A stretch of DNA of 64,000 nucleotides, from assembly GCA_036172245.1 (NCBI GenBank), contig JAYWIR010000005.1, forward strand, positions 4,836,001 to 4,900,000, in the 5' to 3' direction. The notes below the pieces were generated by a model that was not told the origin of the DNA, made no database searches, and was given only the letters and a program-made list of their open reading frames with translations. Positions 1 to 13,424 of this stretch are shown here, piece by piece. The number at the start of each line of letters is the position of its first letter. Positions within the stretch are counted from its first letter, which is position 1. The position numbers and the translations under genes are program-made. Source of the stretch: Raillietiella orientalis (Eukaryota).

Positions 1-560
1 AAGGAGGGGTGCTCCTAGAGGTCATCAGCTTTCCCGGACGACAGAAGCTGCAACGGCTGCGAGGTCGGAGGGGACGTGCGGAAGGTGACTCCGTCTCCCC
101 ATCTCCCTCAAGGAGAGAGGAAAACCTCCTCCTGGACCCCTCAGGGCTCCCGTGACACCAACGGGAAAGTTGGCCAAGCCCGCGGAACTCCCACGCTCAT
201 CCCACCACCACCCTCTTTCCGCCCCCGGGTGAGCGGAGAGCACGGGCGGAAGTGCGGGCCGGAAGGGAGGACATTCCTTAAGCAGATCGGAACTACCCCG
301 AACCTCCCGTCTCCATCCTGCCATTCGGAATGGCATGGTCCGGAGCCATCCGCAGCGCTTTGGAGGGGTCGTTCCCTCGGGCGAGGGATGGGCGCGCTCT
401 GCAAGGGGACTTCAGTTACCCGATGACGCCCTGCAGGGCCCGTTGAGGAGAACGTCCAGCCCTCCGGTCTCTCTCCCATCCCCCTCTTTCTGCTGCTTCT
501 CGGGTCGCTTCAACTTCGGGAACTCTCCCCATCCAGTTTCATCTGCCCCTCGGGAGTGGC
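1..560 (-). mobile_element. Fragment of a second, diverged copy of the adjacent non-LTR element (runs off the window)
   Basis: 421-470 (cgatgacgccctgcagggcccgttgaggagaacgtccagccct) matches 2432-2475 (cgatgacgccctacggggcccgttcaggagaacgttcagccct), with weaker similarity extending leftward. Confidence 0.5.
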
Positions 561-679
561 TCTCGGTCGCATTGCGCGGGGTGCTCGAAAGAGGTCACAC
601 GGACAGCCATTGCTGCTGCTCGCGTGGCCGGCGGTCTCCACGGCTTTGAATTCTCGCGACACCTGGAGGCGTGACCGTC

Positions 680-3600
680 CGCTAGGTCGCGCGCGCGTGC
701 GTGAGGATGGAAGAGGGAGGAGAAAGGAAGGTGCAGCTGCGTGCGTCCTCTCCAGCGTCGTCCGAGGGGAGAGCGAGCGGCGGCCGAGGCGCAAGGCAGA
801 GGCTGCAAAGTGCGGAAGCCGCGTCCATCCCAGGGCAGATGCGTGCTTCCGGAGAGGTCAGACTGTCCCCCCCCCCCAACATGCTTGAGAGACATCCGCC
901 GCCTTCCTCCCCGCCTGCCATCGCATAGGTGATGGCCGCGCGTGAGCCTCGTCGTAGGTCGAGAGATCCCGCAGGCACACGCATCTCACACTTCCCACAT
1001 GCGCACGCGCGCGAAGAGGATGATCAGCAAGTGCCAAAACTTCGCTCTGGCATCTGCAGCGAGCGGTCGATCAGCTCACCAGAGCTTTTCTTCTCTCCCC
1101 CACCCCACCCCCCCGCCTTACATGGGAGGCTCGCCTCGCCTCGAGGACTCAGGCGGCTGCAGGAAAGGAGCTCCGCAAGCAGTCGGCGGTTCTCTCACCA
1201 CGGCAACGGTGCTTCCACCTCGCCGTGACCGCTCCCTCAGGCTGGAGTCGCCCCCGTTCAAGAACTCTCGTCCGGAAAAAGCCGCCACCGACTCCCTCTC
1301 TCGCACCGCCCCCATCCTCTCACTCGGCGTCTTCCTGCGCCCAAAGTTTCACCGGTGTGACCACCCTCGACAGCGCGGGAAAGGACACGACCCTCTCAAG
1401 ACTTCCGGACTGGCTGACAGGAATGGGAGGAGCTCGTGAGCGCGCAAGCAGGAAAAAGGGAGGTGGCGCCTCGCACCACCACGGCTCGAAACGAAGGCGA
1501 GGACCTGGAAAACCCGCCGCGCGTCCCACGCCACACGCGTGACGTTTGTGCAGGGCTCTCTTCCCGACCGAGGATTTTTTTGGCCCGACGCCTTTCATGG
1601 AGGCACCCAGCAACCGGTCGCTCGGTGACCGAGCGTCCCCTGTTATCTCCCCGAGCACGGTTATTCCTGCGCTCGCGGGAGAGGACCGTCTGAGCTGTGG
1701 GGATCGCTGGACACACCTGCGCTCTAAGCGGGAGAGCAGGGTCGGGAGCTGCGGGATTACTGTGCCGCTGCGTGGCGCGTTGGCATGTAGAGTTGCGGAG
1801 AGAACACGGGGCCCAGAGTGCCCTATCCGCAGTGCGTCAGGAAATCCATCAAGCGAAGGGTGTGGTCTGCAGACGCACGTCGTCGGTCGGGTCTTTCCTC
1901 GATGCCACCGGCAACGAATACTTGCAGGCGCCGAACCGGGCACGTCTGCGCGTGGGCGTGCCGGGGGAACGTCACGCAGAACGGCAGTGCCCGCATCACG
2001 GCGATCTCGCCACGTCTGGAGTGCTCGGAAGAGACCCGTGCAGTGGGGGGGGGAGAACTCATGGCCCAGGATACCGTGGGTGACCTTAAAAGTGCTTGTC
2101 CCTCGAAGAAGCGATATGGCTGGGGAAGAGGCGAGCGTTTCTTGAAGAAAAAGAAAAAGCCTCTGCCGGCAGCCCCGGACACCACGTCAGCTGCCCACGT
2201 CCCTCTGACTTCCGTGAAGGAGTCCTCCATTGAAACCTCGACGCCTTCGCCCTTCTCCTTCGCCACCGCCGCGCATGGATCTTCCTCGAAACAGGCGACA
2301 TCACCACTCAACGGGTCGGGAACATCCCTAAGGAACGCGAATACTGAGGGGATCGCGGCAACCGCACGCGCTTCAGGATACATCGCGATGCGGCAGGAAT
2401 GAGCGCGAGCGGCACGGGAACCTAAGTCCTCCGATGACGCCCTACGGGGCCCGTTCAGGAGAACGTTCAGCCCTTTGGGCTCGCCAGCTTCCTCCGCTGA
2501 CGCTGATGACCTCCTGATGCACAAGAGCAGTGGTGATCGCGCTCAGGATGGGAGGAAGGGTGTGGTCGCCATGTCCAGGGGATCGTTCCCTATATTTCCC
2601 TCTCTACATGCCGAAGGCAGCGAAGCGGTCCATCCTGGGACGTGAGGCACAAGGAGACGTCCGAAGGACTGTGGTCAGGGCAGCTCGAAACCGGCGACAA
2701 AATCTCGTCCCTTCCTCGTGGATCCGATCCGCCGCAGGGTTCACCACGGGTGTCAGTCCAGTTCTTTCCGAGACCGGCTGTTGGGGCCAACTTGTTGCAA
2801 CCCATTGCCTCTCTCCCCTCCTGATGAGAGCCTCCTCACTGCTGTCCTCTGGACCGCTTTCCAAACCTATCATCCCCTCCTTTCTTCCCTCCTCTGGTTT
2901 AAAGGGACGATCAACTTCCTCAACTTAACTCCTCTTCCTCTGAATCCTGCTTGGTGAACCAATCCGGTCCTTCTGGATTCCTGGAGCGCTCGAGGATTAG
3001 GAGTGTGGAAGAGGCCGACCGACTGTGCGAGGGCAGAGGAAAAGGGTGCGAGAACTGCGTCATCCGTTGTCAGGTGACGTGACAGGACTTCTCTTCCAGC
3101 CAAAGAAGTAGAACTCTCACATCACTCCCTCTCTCCAGGTCCGTGAGCATCTGCTGTAGGGTATCTGGAGGACGTCTCGAAAGAGAAGGGCGTTCTCACT
3201 CACTGACATCTCATTCCCTCAAAGATGCCGGGACAGCACGGTTCCTCCAGCAAAGGAATGTGGGACAGCAAAGTCTGTCTTCCTACTCTACCAAACTATG
3301 GGGCTCAACTTCTTGCCCCGTCCAGAGCAAGCCATCCGCATGCTGCCTCCTTTGTCTATTCTATGTTCTTTGGGGAGTGGGGTGCAGCAGTTCTTCACTT
3401 TTCCAACACAGCTTGCACTCCGGACTGGAGATCTCGTAGTCGTTGCTCCTGAACTGCTCTTGGCTTCAGAGGGCATCTCTTCCGGTAATTGGCTCGGAAT
3501 TCATTGTGTGAATGATGCTCACCGAAGATACCGCTGGTGATCTCAACCGAACTTTCGTTTCGAAAAGTTGTCGCCTCTTCTTCCACCCCCTTTGTAATCG

Positions 3601-3760
3601 ACTTCAGACTGTTTCTGCTTTAAACTCCCGTTCCCAGAGTTCTCCTGAGGTTGCTCTTCCTCATGTTCAGAATGTGGTGTTCTAGGGAGGGATGGGGGGG
3701 GAAATACATGTATCTTTGCAGATCTCATTTGCAGAGACCAGTACTTCCTATTTAACTGGA
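680..3760 (-). mobile_element. Decayed RLE-type (R2/NeSL-like) non-LTR retrotransposon
   Basis: Degenerate RT motifs in order on the minus strand: CPGLPAEAF (~2160-2190, cf. PGPDGIPAEF), STFKVTHGIL (~2070-2100), VAGGIEERPD..DHTL (~1860-1915, cf. DIEKAFDSVDH), GEITGDARSP (~1625-1655, cf. GVRQGDPLSP). Downstream are CACGKC (~990) and a possible PDL-like remnant (~860). Confidence 0.55.
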
Positions 3761-3769
3761 GCCCACTTC

Positions 3770-4960
3770 CGTGCCCGAGTGGCCGCTGCGGTCTCCGTGC
3801 GTGGCACCAAGTGTTGCGGGATTGAATCCCACCACCCGGGGAAAGGATCGATGCCGAAAACGAGGGATGTGTCGTGAGGTTCGAGTCTCCTCCGCAGGAT
3901 GGCGCTGGTTGGCCTGCTAGGCTTCGGGTGCGGCATTGGTTGACACCCGGTCACGCCAGGTCTTTATTTATAAAGACTACATGTCTGTGGCATGACGTTT
4001 GATCCTGCCACGTTACTTATGGATACGAAAATGAACCTTCCGGGAACTGGCAGGTGATCCAGCGGGGTTCGGCTCGGCAGCACAGGGGAAGGGGAGACAA
4101 ACAAAAAGAAAACAATAAAACGAAAAATGCAGTCAAACGAAAAATGCAAAAAATGAGGAAGCGGGGGTTTGGGAAGGGATTACTGTGTTCTGGAAGGCGT
4201 CCTCTGCATCCTTGTAAGGATGCCTGCAGCTTTCTGTTTCAAGACTCCCAGTTGGGGCCATCTTGACACGTTATCCTCATGAAGAGGACGGCAAAATAGA
4301 TGACGTCCCTGTCGTTCTGGCCTCCTCTGGCGTTGCTCCATGCGACTACGATCCCGCGTAGGCAGAACAGTGTGCTAGAATGCGGCATTGGTCGAGGCCG
4401 GACACCTCCGGATTCCCCCGTCGACTAGCCAGGATTGGAAGTTGACCTTCCGAAGTACTTCCAGGAATCAATGAGCCCTTTGGGGCTCGCCTTCGATTGC
4501 GAAAATGGAGCCGTCCCTCCCCACTTGGGAGGGGAAACCCTCCATCAAGTACCATCGAGCTGGTTCTCTATCCCATGGAGCTGCTTGATACCTCTCTAGG
4601 GAGCCAAGAAGCTTATTGCTCCCTTCGGAGAACACCCTTCAGAGAAATTTGGAAGCGTCCTTTTGGAGTTCTTTTCAGAGCAGAGAAGTTGTTCCCTTGA
4701 AAGTGTCCTCTGGAGAGGAAATTCTAGGAGCGGATCCGCTCCGGGGGGTTCCACCGGAGAGAATAAGGAAGAGATTCCCTTCGGGATCCCCTTCTAAGAC
4801 AACCAGGGCGAAGGTTCCTTCCCAAGCGCGAGAGGAACGGACTCCTTCCTCCGGAGCCCTTCCTGGATTCATGGGTTCGTCCCTTCCCGGGGTACCCCCT
4901 ATTTTGAAGAGTTTACGCGTACCCCCGGGCGGCATGGAATAGTGTTGAAAGAACTTCTTG
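3770..4960 (+). mobile_element. tRNA-headed SINE-like element, copy 1 (split by a LINE 3' fragment at ~3963-4380)
   Basis: A-box-like tgcccgagtgg (3772-3782) and B-box-like ggattgaatcc (3819-3829). Body 3870-3915 and 4430-4930 aligns by eye with the reverse complement of 18940-19690. Confidence 0.6.
3963..4380 (-). mobile_element. 5'-truncated Tx1/L1-type LINE 3' end
   Basis: Similar to 12100-12528 (+) and 27167-27550 (-). Minus-strand AATAAA at 3963-3968 and terminal hairpin at 3987-4011. Confidence 0.6.
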
Positions 4961-7900
4961 AGCCCCTAGACGGACGATTCTTTGAGTACTCGGCGAATCA
5001 ATTTTCCTGAAGGGGTACTTGAGAACACCTGGAAGCACTGCCACCGCAGAACGGCACGAGGAAATGAAGGAAATGGAGCTTCCAACGTCGCTTCTCGCTT
5101 TGCTCTGTCTCCACCTGCTCTTCGTTCCCCTCCTCCTTTATGCCAGACCAGGAAGGAGTTGGAAAGGAAAGTCCTCCGTGAGCAGGAGCGCGCAAAAGAT
5201 CGAGGAACCCGCTGCTTGTTTTGGCCAGTGGACCACGGAAGGTGGTCTCGACAGCAGCGATCTCAGCAGCAGTGCACTATCACTGCGTTAGTGTTTCTCA
5301 AATGTTGCCTAGGTGTGGTGCTCCTAAAGTAAGTCGTCCTGACGCCAGACCCTGCTTCCTACGTCATGAGGCACCAGGCGTTTCCCGGAATTTCGTAGCT
5401 GTCCCAGACGGTGCTGCCTGCCTGAGATGTCCCTACATCTTTCTTGGGGCCTATGTGAGATGGGGAGCAAAACAGCGATTCCTCTCGCGTTCCCGAAAGC
5501 AGTGTTCATTTCCGATCTAGCGAATGATGATGGTGGTGATTTCCTCGCCGTTTTGAACTTCAGTGAAAGGGACTCCGTCGAGGACACAAGACGACTTCCC
5601 ACATTGCCCATTGAGGAAATGGGTCGCCGTTCCTGTGGCGCAACTGGAACCGAGACCTGAAATTCTAGTGCATCTGCAGGGAACCCTTGCAAGATTGACA
5701 GAATTCACATGGTTCTCGACACGTCGGACGAATTTGAGAGGCGCTCGGAATCCCTCGGGAGGCCACCAGTGCACTAACAAGAGTCAGGTTACGACGAAGA
5801 GCGACGAAGGACCATCGCTGATTCGGGTGGGACGGTTGTGTGCTGCATGCCACGTGTCTGAAGAGCACATCTCGGAACAACTGTGTCGCACGTGGATTTA
5901 AGGCGGATACGAAGCCCTGGCCCGCTCAAGGTGGGGAACGAAGTGCCCAGGAACCAAACCACAGGTGTGTGTGTCCGTGTTTGCTTTCTTCATCCATAAA
6001 ACATCTTGCTGGGCACGAACAAATCGGTTGGTTCAAATCTTCTACAACTGCGTATAGATGATTACTTGAATGTTTCACACATTCATTTATTTGGTGATGG
6101 CAAGGATGATTGTGAGCTATCGGATGGCGATTGCCGCCAGTTTTCCATATTGAGCGTGCAGGCCAAAGGCAGAAGCAGCTTTCTCCAACGGAAGTGGGAT
6201 AGAATTAATGACATTTGATAGCTAGCAATGGAATTTTATTCGTGTGCTCAGCTGTAACTTTTAATGGTTGCTTGCAGAGAGCTGTTGTCGAACTGTTTAA
6301 CACGGACGGTATCGGCATGGTAACCGATTCTCAGGAATGCCGTGTTTCCAAGGTGTGACAACGGAAATGGAGTGACGAAAACAATTACTTGCAAGACAGT
6401 CGCCAGTGTATGCACCCACAGCTACATTTGCCAATGAGTAGTTCAGAAACCATTAAGGGGGCTATGAATAAAGTCCATGAATGCATACTTATTTAATGCG
6501 TACTCATAAAATGGAGTCGCGCTAGCCGCCATGTTAGCGTGACGCCTTATTGATTGCCTTACTTCCAGATTCCATCTTGCTGCGGTAACTGAAAAGCCAC
6601 ACTGTTATTATTACCTCAGTGGGCAAAGAAAGGGCAAGCAGTATAAACTGGCAAGTACAAGGTGGACCGGAGATCTATCAGAACGACACCGCAAGTTGAC
6701 TGCCATGCGAGTGCAATCACAAACACGAGCAGAAAAAAACCCTTCTGCGAGCTCTGTCAACCCCAAAGCACGAAGGGCAGAAGATTTGCGAAATTCCAAA
6801 CTGGAACTGCGCCAAGCATTCGAAGGTGGTGTTCATTCTTCCTTCAAGACGTGGCGCAACCTCGTTTTGCATGCAACCATAGGTGGTTTCTCAGGAAACA
6901 CCTTCCAGACGCAGAAAGGATACTTTCTGTCTCATCGGGTACGAGGACGGAACTTGTCATTCCGAAACTGGAACATCGGGAAGTTTTCCGCAGGACCCTG
7001 GATGGCTGTCTGTTCTCTTTGGATTTCGATTTCTTATTTTCATTCTTTGGCCCGTGGTTGAAGATATCTTGCGCTTTCCCTGTTTCCTTGGCTTGAATTC
7101 AGGCTTTTGCATTTTCGGTGAGACCGATGAAATCTTTTTTCAAGTCCTGCATGGCTCTCAGTCCCTTATCATTCCCTTAGCAACGACAGTAGACAGAATT
7201 CTATCTATATCTGCTAACTATCCTCGATTTTCCTCGGTGCCGTATGTAATTTATGCTGACTTTTCACAAGGATGTTTTATGCTGAGACGATTCCAATGAT
7301 TGTCAAGAGAATTCATGAGGTTTCTATTTTTTTTTTTTTTTTTCCTTCCTTTATTAAAGGCAAATAATTACTGATGATTTCGCTAGTATGAACAGATCGC
7401 AAATGATAGGTTTATTCAAAGATCGAGAACACTGCGGACCACCTATTGAGAAGAGGTGAATTTATATCTTCCTCCCTTTCAGCACTTTTCCAGATGTAGA
7501 CGGTGACTTTGAGGACGCCCCGTGCTCAAATTTGCAAGGTGCTCCATTCCCTAGAGGTCTCTCACAACGCATTACGATTTTTTCACCTCTCTTTAGATCT
7601 CAGGTCACCGCAGTCTTTTGGAATGGTTCAATCTGGAAGTGGAGGTCTTCTCTTCAGCTTAACAATGCGGTTGCATCAGCCTCAGCTTACTTCCTGTGAT
7701 CAGGCATCGTTTCCTTTGGCTCTCTGTAGACCAGCAAAGAAGCAGCAGTGTAGGTTTTCCCCATCTGCGTGCCGTTTGGTTCCTCATCACTTGATGGATG
7801 CTCTGCCTCCGAAGAAAATGCCGATTCAAAGGATTTGCTGCTGCTTTCTTGTCCCGTCTCCCATATCAGGGAATGCCCATCCTGTGCATCAGAAAGCAGT

Positions 7901-8321
7901 TTCCTCCTTTTTGGAATAATAAGAAATATTATAGGAGCATTCCGGGATGCTTCCCTGAGAAATTCTCAGGATGGCATCTGAGCCTCCTTTGCTCGCACAT
8001 TCTGTGCACAGGAAATAGCATGAAACTTCTGTGAAAGGATGTTCCTGGTCGATAACGCATTTGACAGGAACGTCTGGAACGTCTGACTGCTAGAGGCATG
8101 GGAACCTCGGGGGAAAATCAGGAAAGAAACGCGTATCCATTCGATCCATTCCTTCGCATCTGAGTGCATGATTCTTTATGCTTATTGGATTTTGGGTTTC
8201 TCTTAATTGCGTGCACCTTAGAGCCAGCCTTCAAGTTTTCCCATCAGGGCAGTTTCTTGAGGCTGTTGACTTGAAATTTCAAGGGTTTCGTAATTGTGGT
8301 AACGGATGCTTCCATCGTATT

Positions 8322-8398
8322 TTAACCCTTTGAGTGCTATGGATACCCATACATGGGTGTGGCAAGTGTTTTTACCTTATGCACGCGACACGAGTTAA
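8322..8398. mobile_element. Small piggyBac-like MITE remnant
   Basis: Flanked by TTAA on both sides (8322-8325, 8395-8398). Left end CCCTTTGAGTGC, internal palindrome acccatacatgggt. Right terminal repeat imperfect. Confidence 0.3.
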
Positions 8399-8647
8399 TA
8401 CCATCAACGTTTGAGATGGACGCATTCACGTGCGTTCCTATAATTAATTCCCTTGGAAACGACAGTAAACAAAATTCTGTTTATATCGGCTCACTGTTCT
8501 CGGTTTCTCTCGGTGTCGTATAGAATTTATTTTTCTGTCTTTGTGATATCTTAAAAATGTGAATGAATTATTGATTTTATTGGAATTATAATTACAATTT
8601 TTAAATAAATAATATGTATTTGGGAAAAGTGAAAATACTTCATTCAA

Positions 8648-8865
8648 TGTGGTGTAAACAGACAATTACAACAGTAACTTTAATCGGCACTTTCTGTAGT
8701 CAATCGGTGGCACCTCTGACAGAGCGCGCGGTACGCGAAGAAGCACTCCGTCCACAGAGGTCGCAGCTGCCACTCGCGTGCCGTCAACACGGAACGTTTC
8801 GGTGTGCTGAGAGACAAGGAGTTAAGCTGTAGGCTCAGACATGTACTGTATGAATGCTCCCCACA
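8648..8865 (-). mobile_element. Short LTR (218 bp)
   Basis: Ends TGTGG...CCACA. On the minus strand a purine tract AGGGGAGA directly precedes it (PPT-like), and ATTAAA lies ~30 nt from its 3' end. No TSD. Confidence 0.4.
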
Positions 8866-10539
8866 TCTCCCCTGCACCAAAAACCAATATGTAAATGTCT
8901 CTTAGTCTCTGAAGTGTTTCTTGTAAGTGCTCTTTTCTTCAGCCTTGATGCTAAAGAAAAGAATAGGATTCTTGGTCTCAGCATATTTCTCCATACTGAA
9001 AAGAGCTAAAGAATGAAAGCTAAAGTTCTATAAAGTTTTAGAGTCGATCTACCTTGATCACGGTAGCGTCCCACAGATTATCCTTGATCTGCTGTGCTGA
9101 CAAATCTAGATTCCTAGGGCTTCCGTACAAATCTAGATTTCACCTTTCTAGCTTCATTTCCTCGTCTATGGAAAAACAGTGATTGACAACCGAATTGCAC
9201 GAACATCAGCAACGTGCTGGATATCAGAACCTTCCCTTTTCATCAGCGCCCTTCGCCGTGTGTTTCTTGAACCAAAAGTGGTTAATCGAATCCAATGCCT
9301 CATTCCTGACGTGATGGGTCGCCTGAGAAAGGGCCTATTGAAGAAATGGCTTATATTTTCACGACTCTACGTCATGACCGATGGTAACAGTCGTTAAATA
9401 GGTGAGGAACGACATCTCTGTTCTGTCTCGTGACCTCACAGCACAGATTTACAGCTTGAGGATGTGATCGCGAGGTTTCCCGCACCTCTTCGCATTAGAC
9501 AACCTCATAGAGTAGGTGCAACTGCTGAAGGAAGCACCAAATGCAACCTACATAGTGATTGGAATGGCTGAACTCGGATGCTGACAGCATCTTGCCAGTC
9601 AGATGGAATCCCGATAGATTAACTCGAATGCTCCAGGAAACCATCTTCAGAAAATCTCCAAAAGGTCCTTTCTGAGGGAAACAAAACAAAAAACTCTTCG
9701 TTTTCTCTTGGGAAGGGAAAAGATAAAAACACAACGTGATAGTTCTTGAGCATCCACTGCATTGAATTCCGTAGGGATAGCAGAGGCCTTGAAATAATGG
9801 GTGAATGATGAAAAAAGAGCAAACAGACAACCTGCGATTCCTTGTTTTGGAGAAGCTCTTGACAGTTCGTGGTAGAGTTCTGAATTTAACGAGATACTTC
9901 AGAAAAAGCAAAAACGCGAAGAAACCTAAACAGTCTGACTCCGAACCCGTAAAAAGAGTTTTCGAGATCGTTAGAACAGAATGAGCTATCTGATCTACCC
10001 GCACCTGGTCCAGTTCTCTCCCTTTCTTCCCTCCTCTTTCCCCGTTCAGAGGTGCCGGCGTTGTCACCCTGGAGACGCACGAAAGAGTTGTTGAGGCGCC
10101 GCTTCATGCGCGACTGGCGTTCACGGGGTTCGGTTCGAAATCCCGAAAGATCAAAAAAAAAAAATAAACACATCTTCTTATTCTACATAGATTAATGCAC
10201 AAATTTATTTCAATACACGTGCTCATTCATATTTATTGACATATATACATTAGATATTATAAAAATAAATATATATTCGCATTATATGTAATGATATATA
10301 TATATTTTTTTATATATATGCCTATATTATCCATAAATACTGATGTATATAATAAGCATATATGTTTGCGTTTTATAATCTTTCATATATATATATATCC
10401 ACAATATAATCAGCAACTTTTTAATTATATCAATAAATCTTAATAAATGCAGCTCTTTCCATAATATCAGTGTTAATAATATGTACGTTAATAAACATGG
10501 ATAACTATGTATGTTAAAATAAATTTGTGTATACGTCTA

Positions 10540-11900
10540 CGTAGAATAAGTGCGCGTGTTCATCTCTTAGGATCTTCCGGGGTTTTGATCGCCACCGGCG
10601 TTCTCGCCTGCTGCTGCTCCGATGACTACCCCGTACTGTGCGCGGCAAACGAGGAATGCTTACTCGAAGTAGCCCGTTCCTTTGGCACACGCTTCGGCTG
10701 TACATACACTAAAATCGAGAGCAGTTCCGCTGCCCTAGAAGACTCCAGGAAGAGGAGAGAGACGAATACTGGAGTCTGACTCGGCACCTCTCCAGAAAAG
10801 CAGTGCCCGAAACGGTGAGAGCCGTCGTTGTGGGAGACCTCCGTGCATGGGAACCAGGCAAAGACAGGGTTCTGAAGGAACTCGAAATCAGGAGAGGAGT
10901 CAAGGACATCAAGGAGGAAATGGCGCACAGAGACATGCAGAGCACTGCAACCTTCGAATGGGCCACCGGGTGCAAGCAGCCTGCAAACAGGAAAGTCCCT
11001 GGTCTACCACCACCACTGCAATTGCAAGGTTGTGGGAAATTCTGGATGATTCTTCCTGTCATCCTGCGCACTTTCCTCAGGATTTTTTTTTTTTTTCCTG
11101 AGAACGTTGGTGCTTCGCATCCCGCCCGGTTCGCAAACGCCTTTCTTCGAATCTCCGTAAACAGAAATGTTCCTGTCGTTTTTAAGTGGGACCGGCTGCT
11201 GAAATTCTCTTTGGTTCTTCAGGGAGAGGAATCCTTTAGAGGCATTGCATGCACGTAATTTCTCCCCAACGCTGGCATGAGGAATCGTTTTATTCTCGTG
11301 GGATGCCTACATCCCTTTCGTTTCATGTTGTGACGGATGGGATACAGAGGTTCTGCAATTTTGGCTCCTGCCGTAAGCACAACGAATGAGCATGAGGGAT
11401 CGCTTGATTTTGGCTCGTTCAGATTCAAACTCGAGGGTTCACGCCGCTCAAGTACTCATTCGCCCGGGTGGCGTCGTTAATTTAAAAAGCAGAATCGCCT
11501 GGAATGAGGGTGACATTCTGGAATTTTCTTCATTCGAAAGGATTTCCGGAATTCGCTTCCAACTCGGCGCATCCTACAGAAGGTCTTGGAGTCAGAATAC
11601 CGAATGTCGTTCCCTGTTACCAAAAGACGGATCCGGGTATTTTCGCAACACCAAACACTTCCTGAGCGATCTCCGAGAGAGTGCTCCTCCTGCACTTCGG
11701 ACTCGATCCCAGTAGTTCACGGCACTCATTTGAAAATCTCAGGCGACAGGTCGAGCGTGCCATCTTGGTCAATCCTATACCGGCTGTGGCTAAGGTGAGT
11801 CGCTTCCAAAAAGGCTTGGTTCTCGCTGAAACCGCAACTTCCGCTCAGCTTACGCGAACGGGGAGCGAATGATGGAACAGAAGTATCGAGACCACTTGCA
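10540..11900 (+). mobile_element. Decayed LINE 5' region (ORF1/gag-like)
   Basis: ORF 10803-11258 contains PLQLQGCGKFW, resembling the first CCHC knuckle (QCxxCxxFGH) of LINE ORF1. The rest is unassigned. Confidence 0.3.
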
Positions 11901-11999
11901 GGCTCAGCAAGGCCCTTCCCAGTTGTGAGAGACGGGAATGCAGGAAGAACAGTGACAAGAGAAAACACGCCCACAAAAATCACGGAAATTCCAGCACCT

Positions 12000-12528
12000 G
12001 CTAGTGGATTGTGTTGCCCTCCGGCCCCTTTCGAAATGCTTTGCCTCGACCCTTGGAACTCCCGGTGGCAACTGCAGGGACGTTGTAAGACTCTTCATTG
12101 TACCGGACACCCTGCAGCCAGCCGCGGCCCTCGCGGCACTTTGCTGCCTCCGCGGAATCGTGGCAGCGTGGAGCGGTGCCAACGGAGAAAGTAGCAAAAG
12201 GAACGCCATCCAATTCGCTCTTCGCTTCCTGTGGATAGGGTCCGATGGCCCGAGCTGGACGTCAATATCAGGCAAGACCTTGCCAGCATCCTTCAAAGGC
12301 TGCAGAGGACCGCTCCCAGCAGACTGTGATCCCTCCCCCCCTTCCCCTACAAATTGTTTTATTTTTATTTTCTTTCTTTTTCTTTTTGTTTGGTCCCTCC
12401 CCACTATTGCCGTGGCAGACCTCACCGGTCTGCGAACTGGTAAATCGTCAGGGTATACACGAAAAGGACGTGGTTGGACCCCTGGACCAACCATAGAAAT
12501 TGTGAATGTTCATTTAATTTTTAAATAA
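12000..12528 (+). mobile_element. 5'-truncated Tx1/L1-type LINE 3' end
   Basis: LAALCCLRGIVAAW..RNAI matches LAVLFCLRGIVTAW..RNAI of the 27-kb copy. It has a T-rich 3'UTR and a terminal hairpin at 12470-12494. Confidence 0.65.
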
Positions 12529-13424
12529 GCTCCCAGGCGTAACCCGGTGAGAATTCAAAAATCTCGGGAAGTTCCATTCTGTTAGAAGTAGTGGCTAAGA
12601 AACGCAACAGAGCAGTCAAGATCGGTCAGTAGAGTGGCGATCAACCCCCGTATCTTTTCGGCGCATCGGAGAAAAATTTCCAAAACTTTTCAAATCATCC
12701 TAACGAAGTCACCAACTCGCTTACCGCAGCCTCCTGATCTTCAAGTGCATCTGAACTCGAATCGTATCTTTGCGAAGAAAGAAAGAAAGAAAACCCGCTG
12801 TTTTTCGCGTCATCTCCCGGGGTCCCTGCTTCACTAAGACGAATAGGTAGACTGGGAAGGTAGTAGCAGATCAATTAACATGATCCGGTAATCGAATTGT
12901 CCTGTGTCCTTTCCTGAATATCCCGCCCGAACGGCCCCTCTCCCCGACAGCAAGCAGATCGTTTCTATGACATCCTCTGGTCAGCATCGGCAGCGTGCAA
13001 CTCCCAGGGGTGTCGCGATGAAAGCTCGTGCGGTCAAGGCAGCGAGCTTCGAGTGGACTCCTTCTTCGAGGATCTTCGTCTTCGCCAACTTGCCGTCTGG
13101 CCAGAAAACCTGCCGGACACGACTCCATGAGGAACGACAAGGAGCGCGTGATTCAAACTTGGCCGAGAGCTGCACGCGTGTGAAGGCTGCATCAGATGGT
13201 AATCTTGCTGAACAGGAAGCTGAAGGAAACATCTTGTCCTCCGACTCGAAAAAATTGGCTGCACTGTTAATGGGTGAGCATCCCAATAAGTACTGCCCTG
13301 GGGCCAATCGTGCTCAGTTGAAAAAGAAGGAAACTGAATTCTCATGTCATACTCTTCGCTTTGCACACGCCGCTGCCTGCCTAAACTTTGCCTGTGCGGG
13401 CGGCGCCTGAAGGAAGCGGGGTGG

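Larger units (their letters stand above)
6600..10070 (-). mobile_element. Decayed Ty3/Gypsy LTR retrotransposon internal region
   Basis: Minus-strand order fits RT-RNaseH-integrase: RT-like remnants ~8900-9200, VHAIKRNPK (~8190-8215), RNaseH-like DAQDG..TMPDHRK (~7690-7890), Zn-finger-like D*EPCRT (~7140-7165), integrase-like FGMTSSVLVPDETES..FLRN (~6885-6965). Possible PBS-like gggtgacaacg near 10060. Very degenerate. Confidence 0.45.

Noticed and set aside
25..3100. Many overlapping 100-230 aa ORFs in GC-rich regions (also 60.4-64 kb)
   Set aside because: Expected by chance in GC-rich decayed retroelements. Real motifs are split across frames.
5019..6400. Possible decayed secreted LamG/pentraxin-like gene (hydrophobic leader, RKWVAV..LVHLQG)
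   Set aside because: Similarity is too faint and fragmented to support without a profile search.
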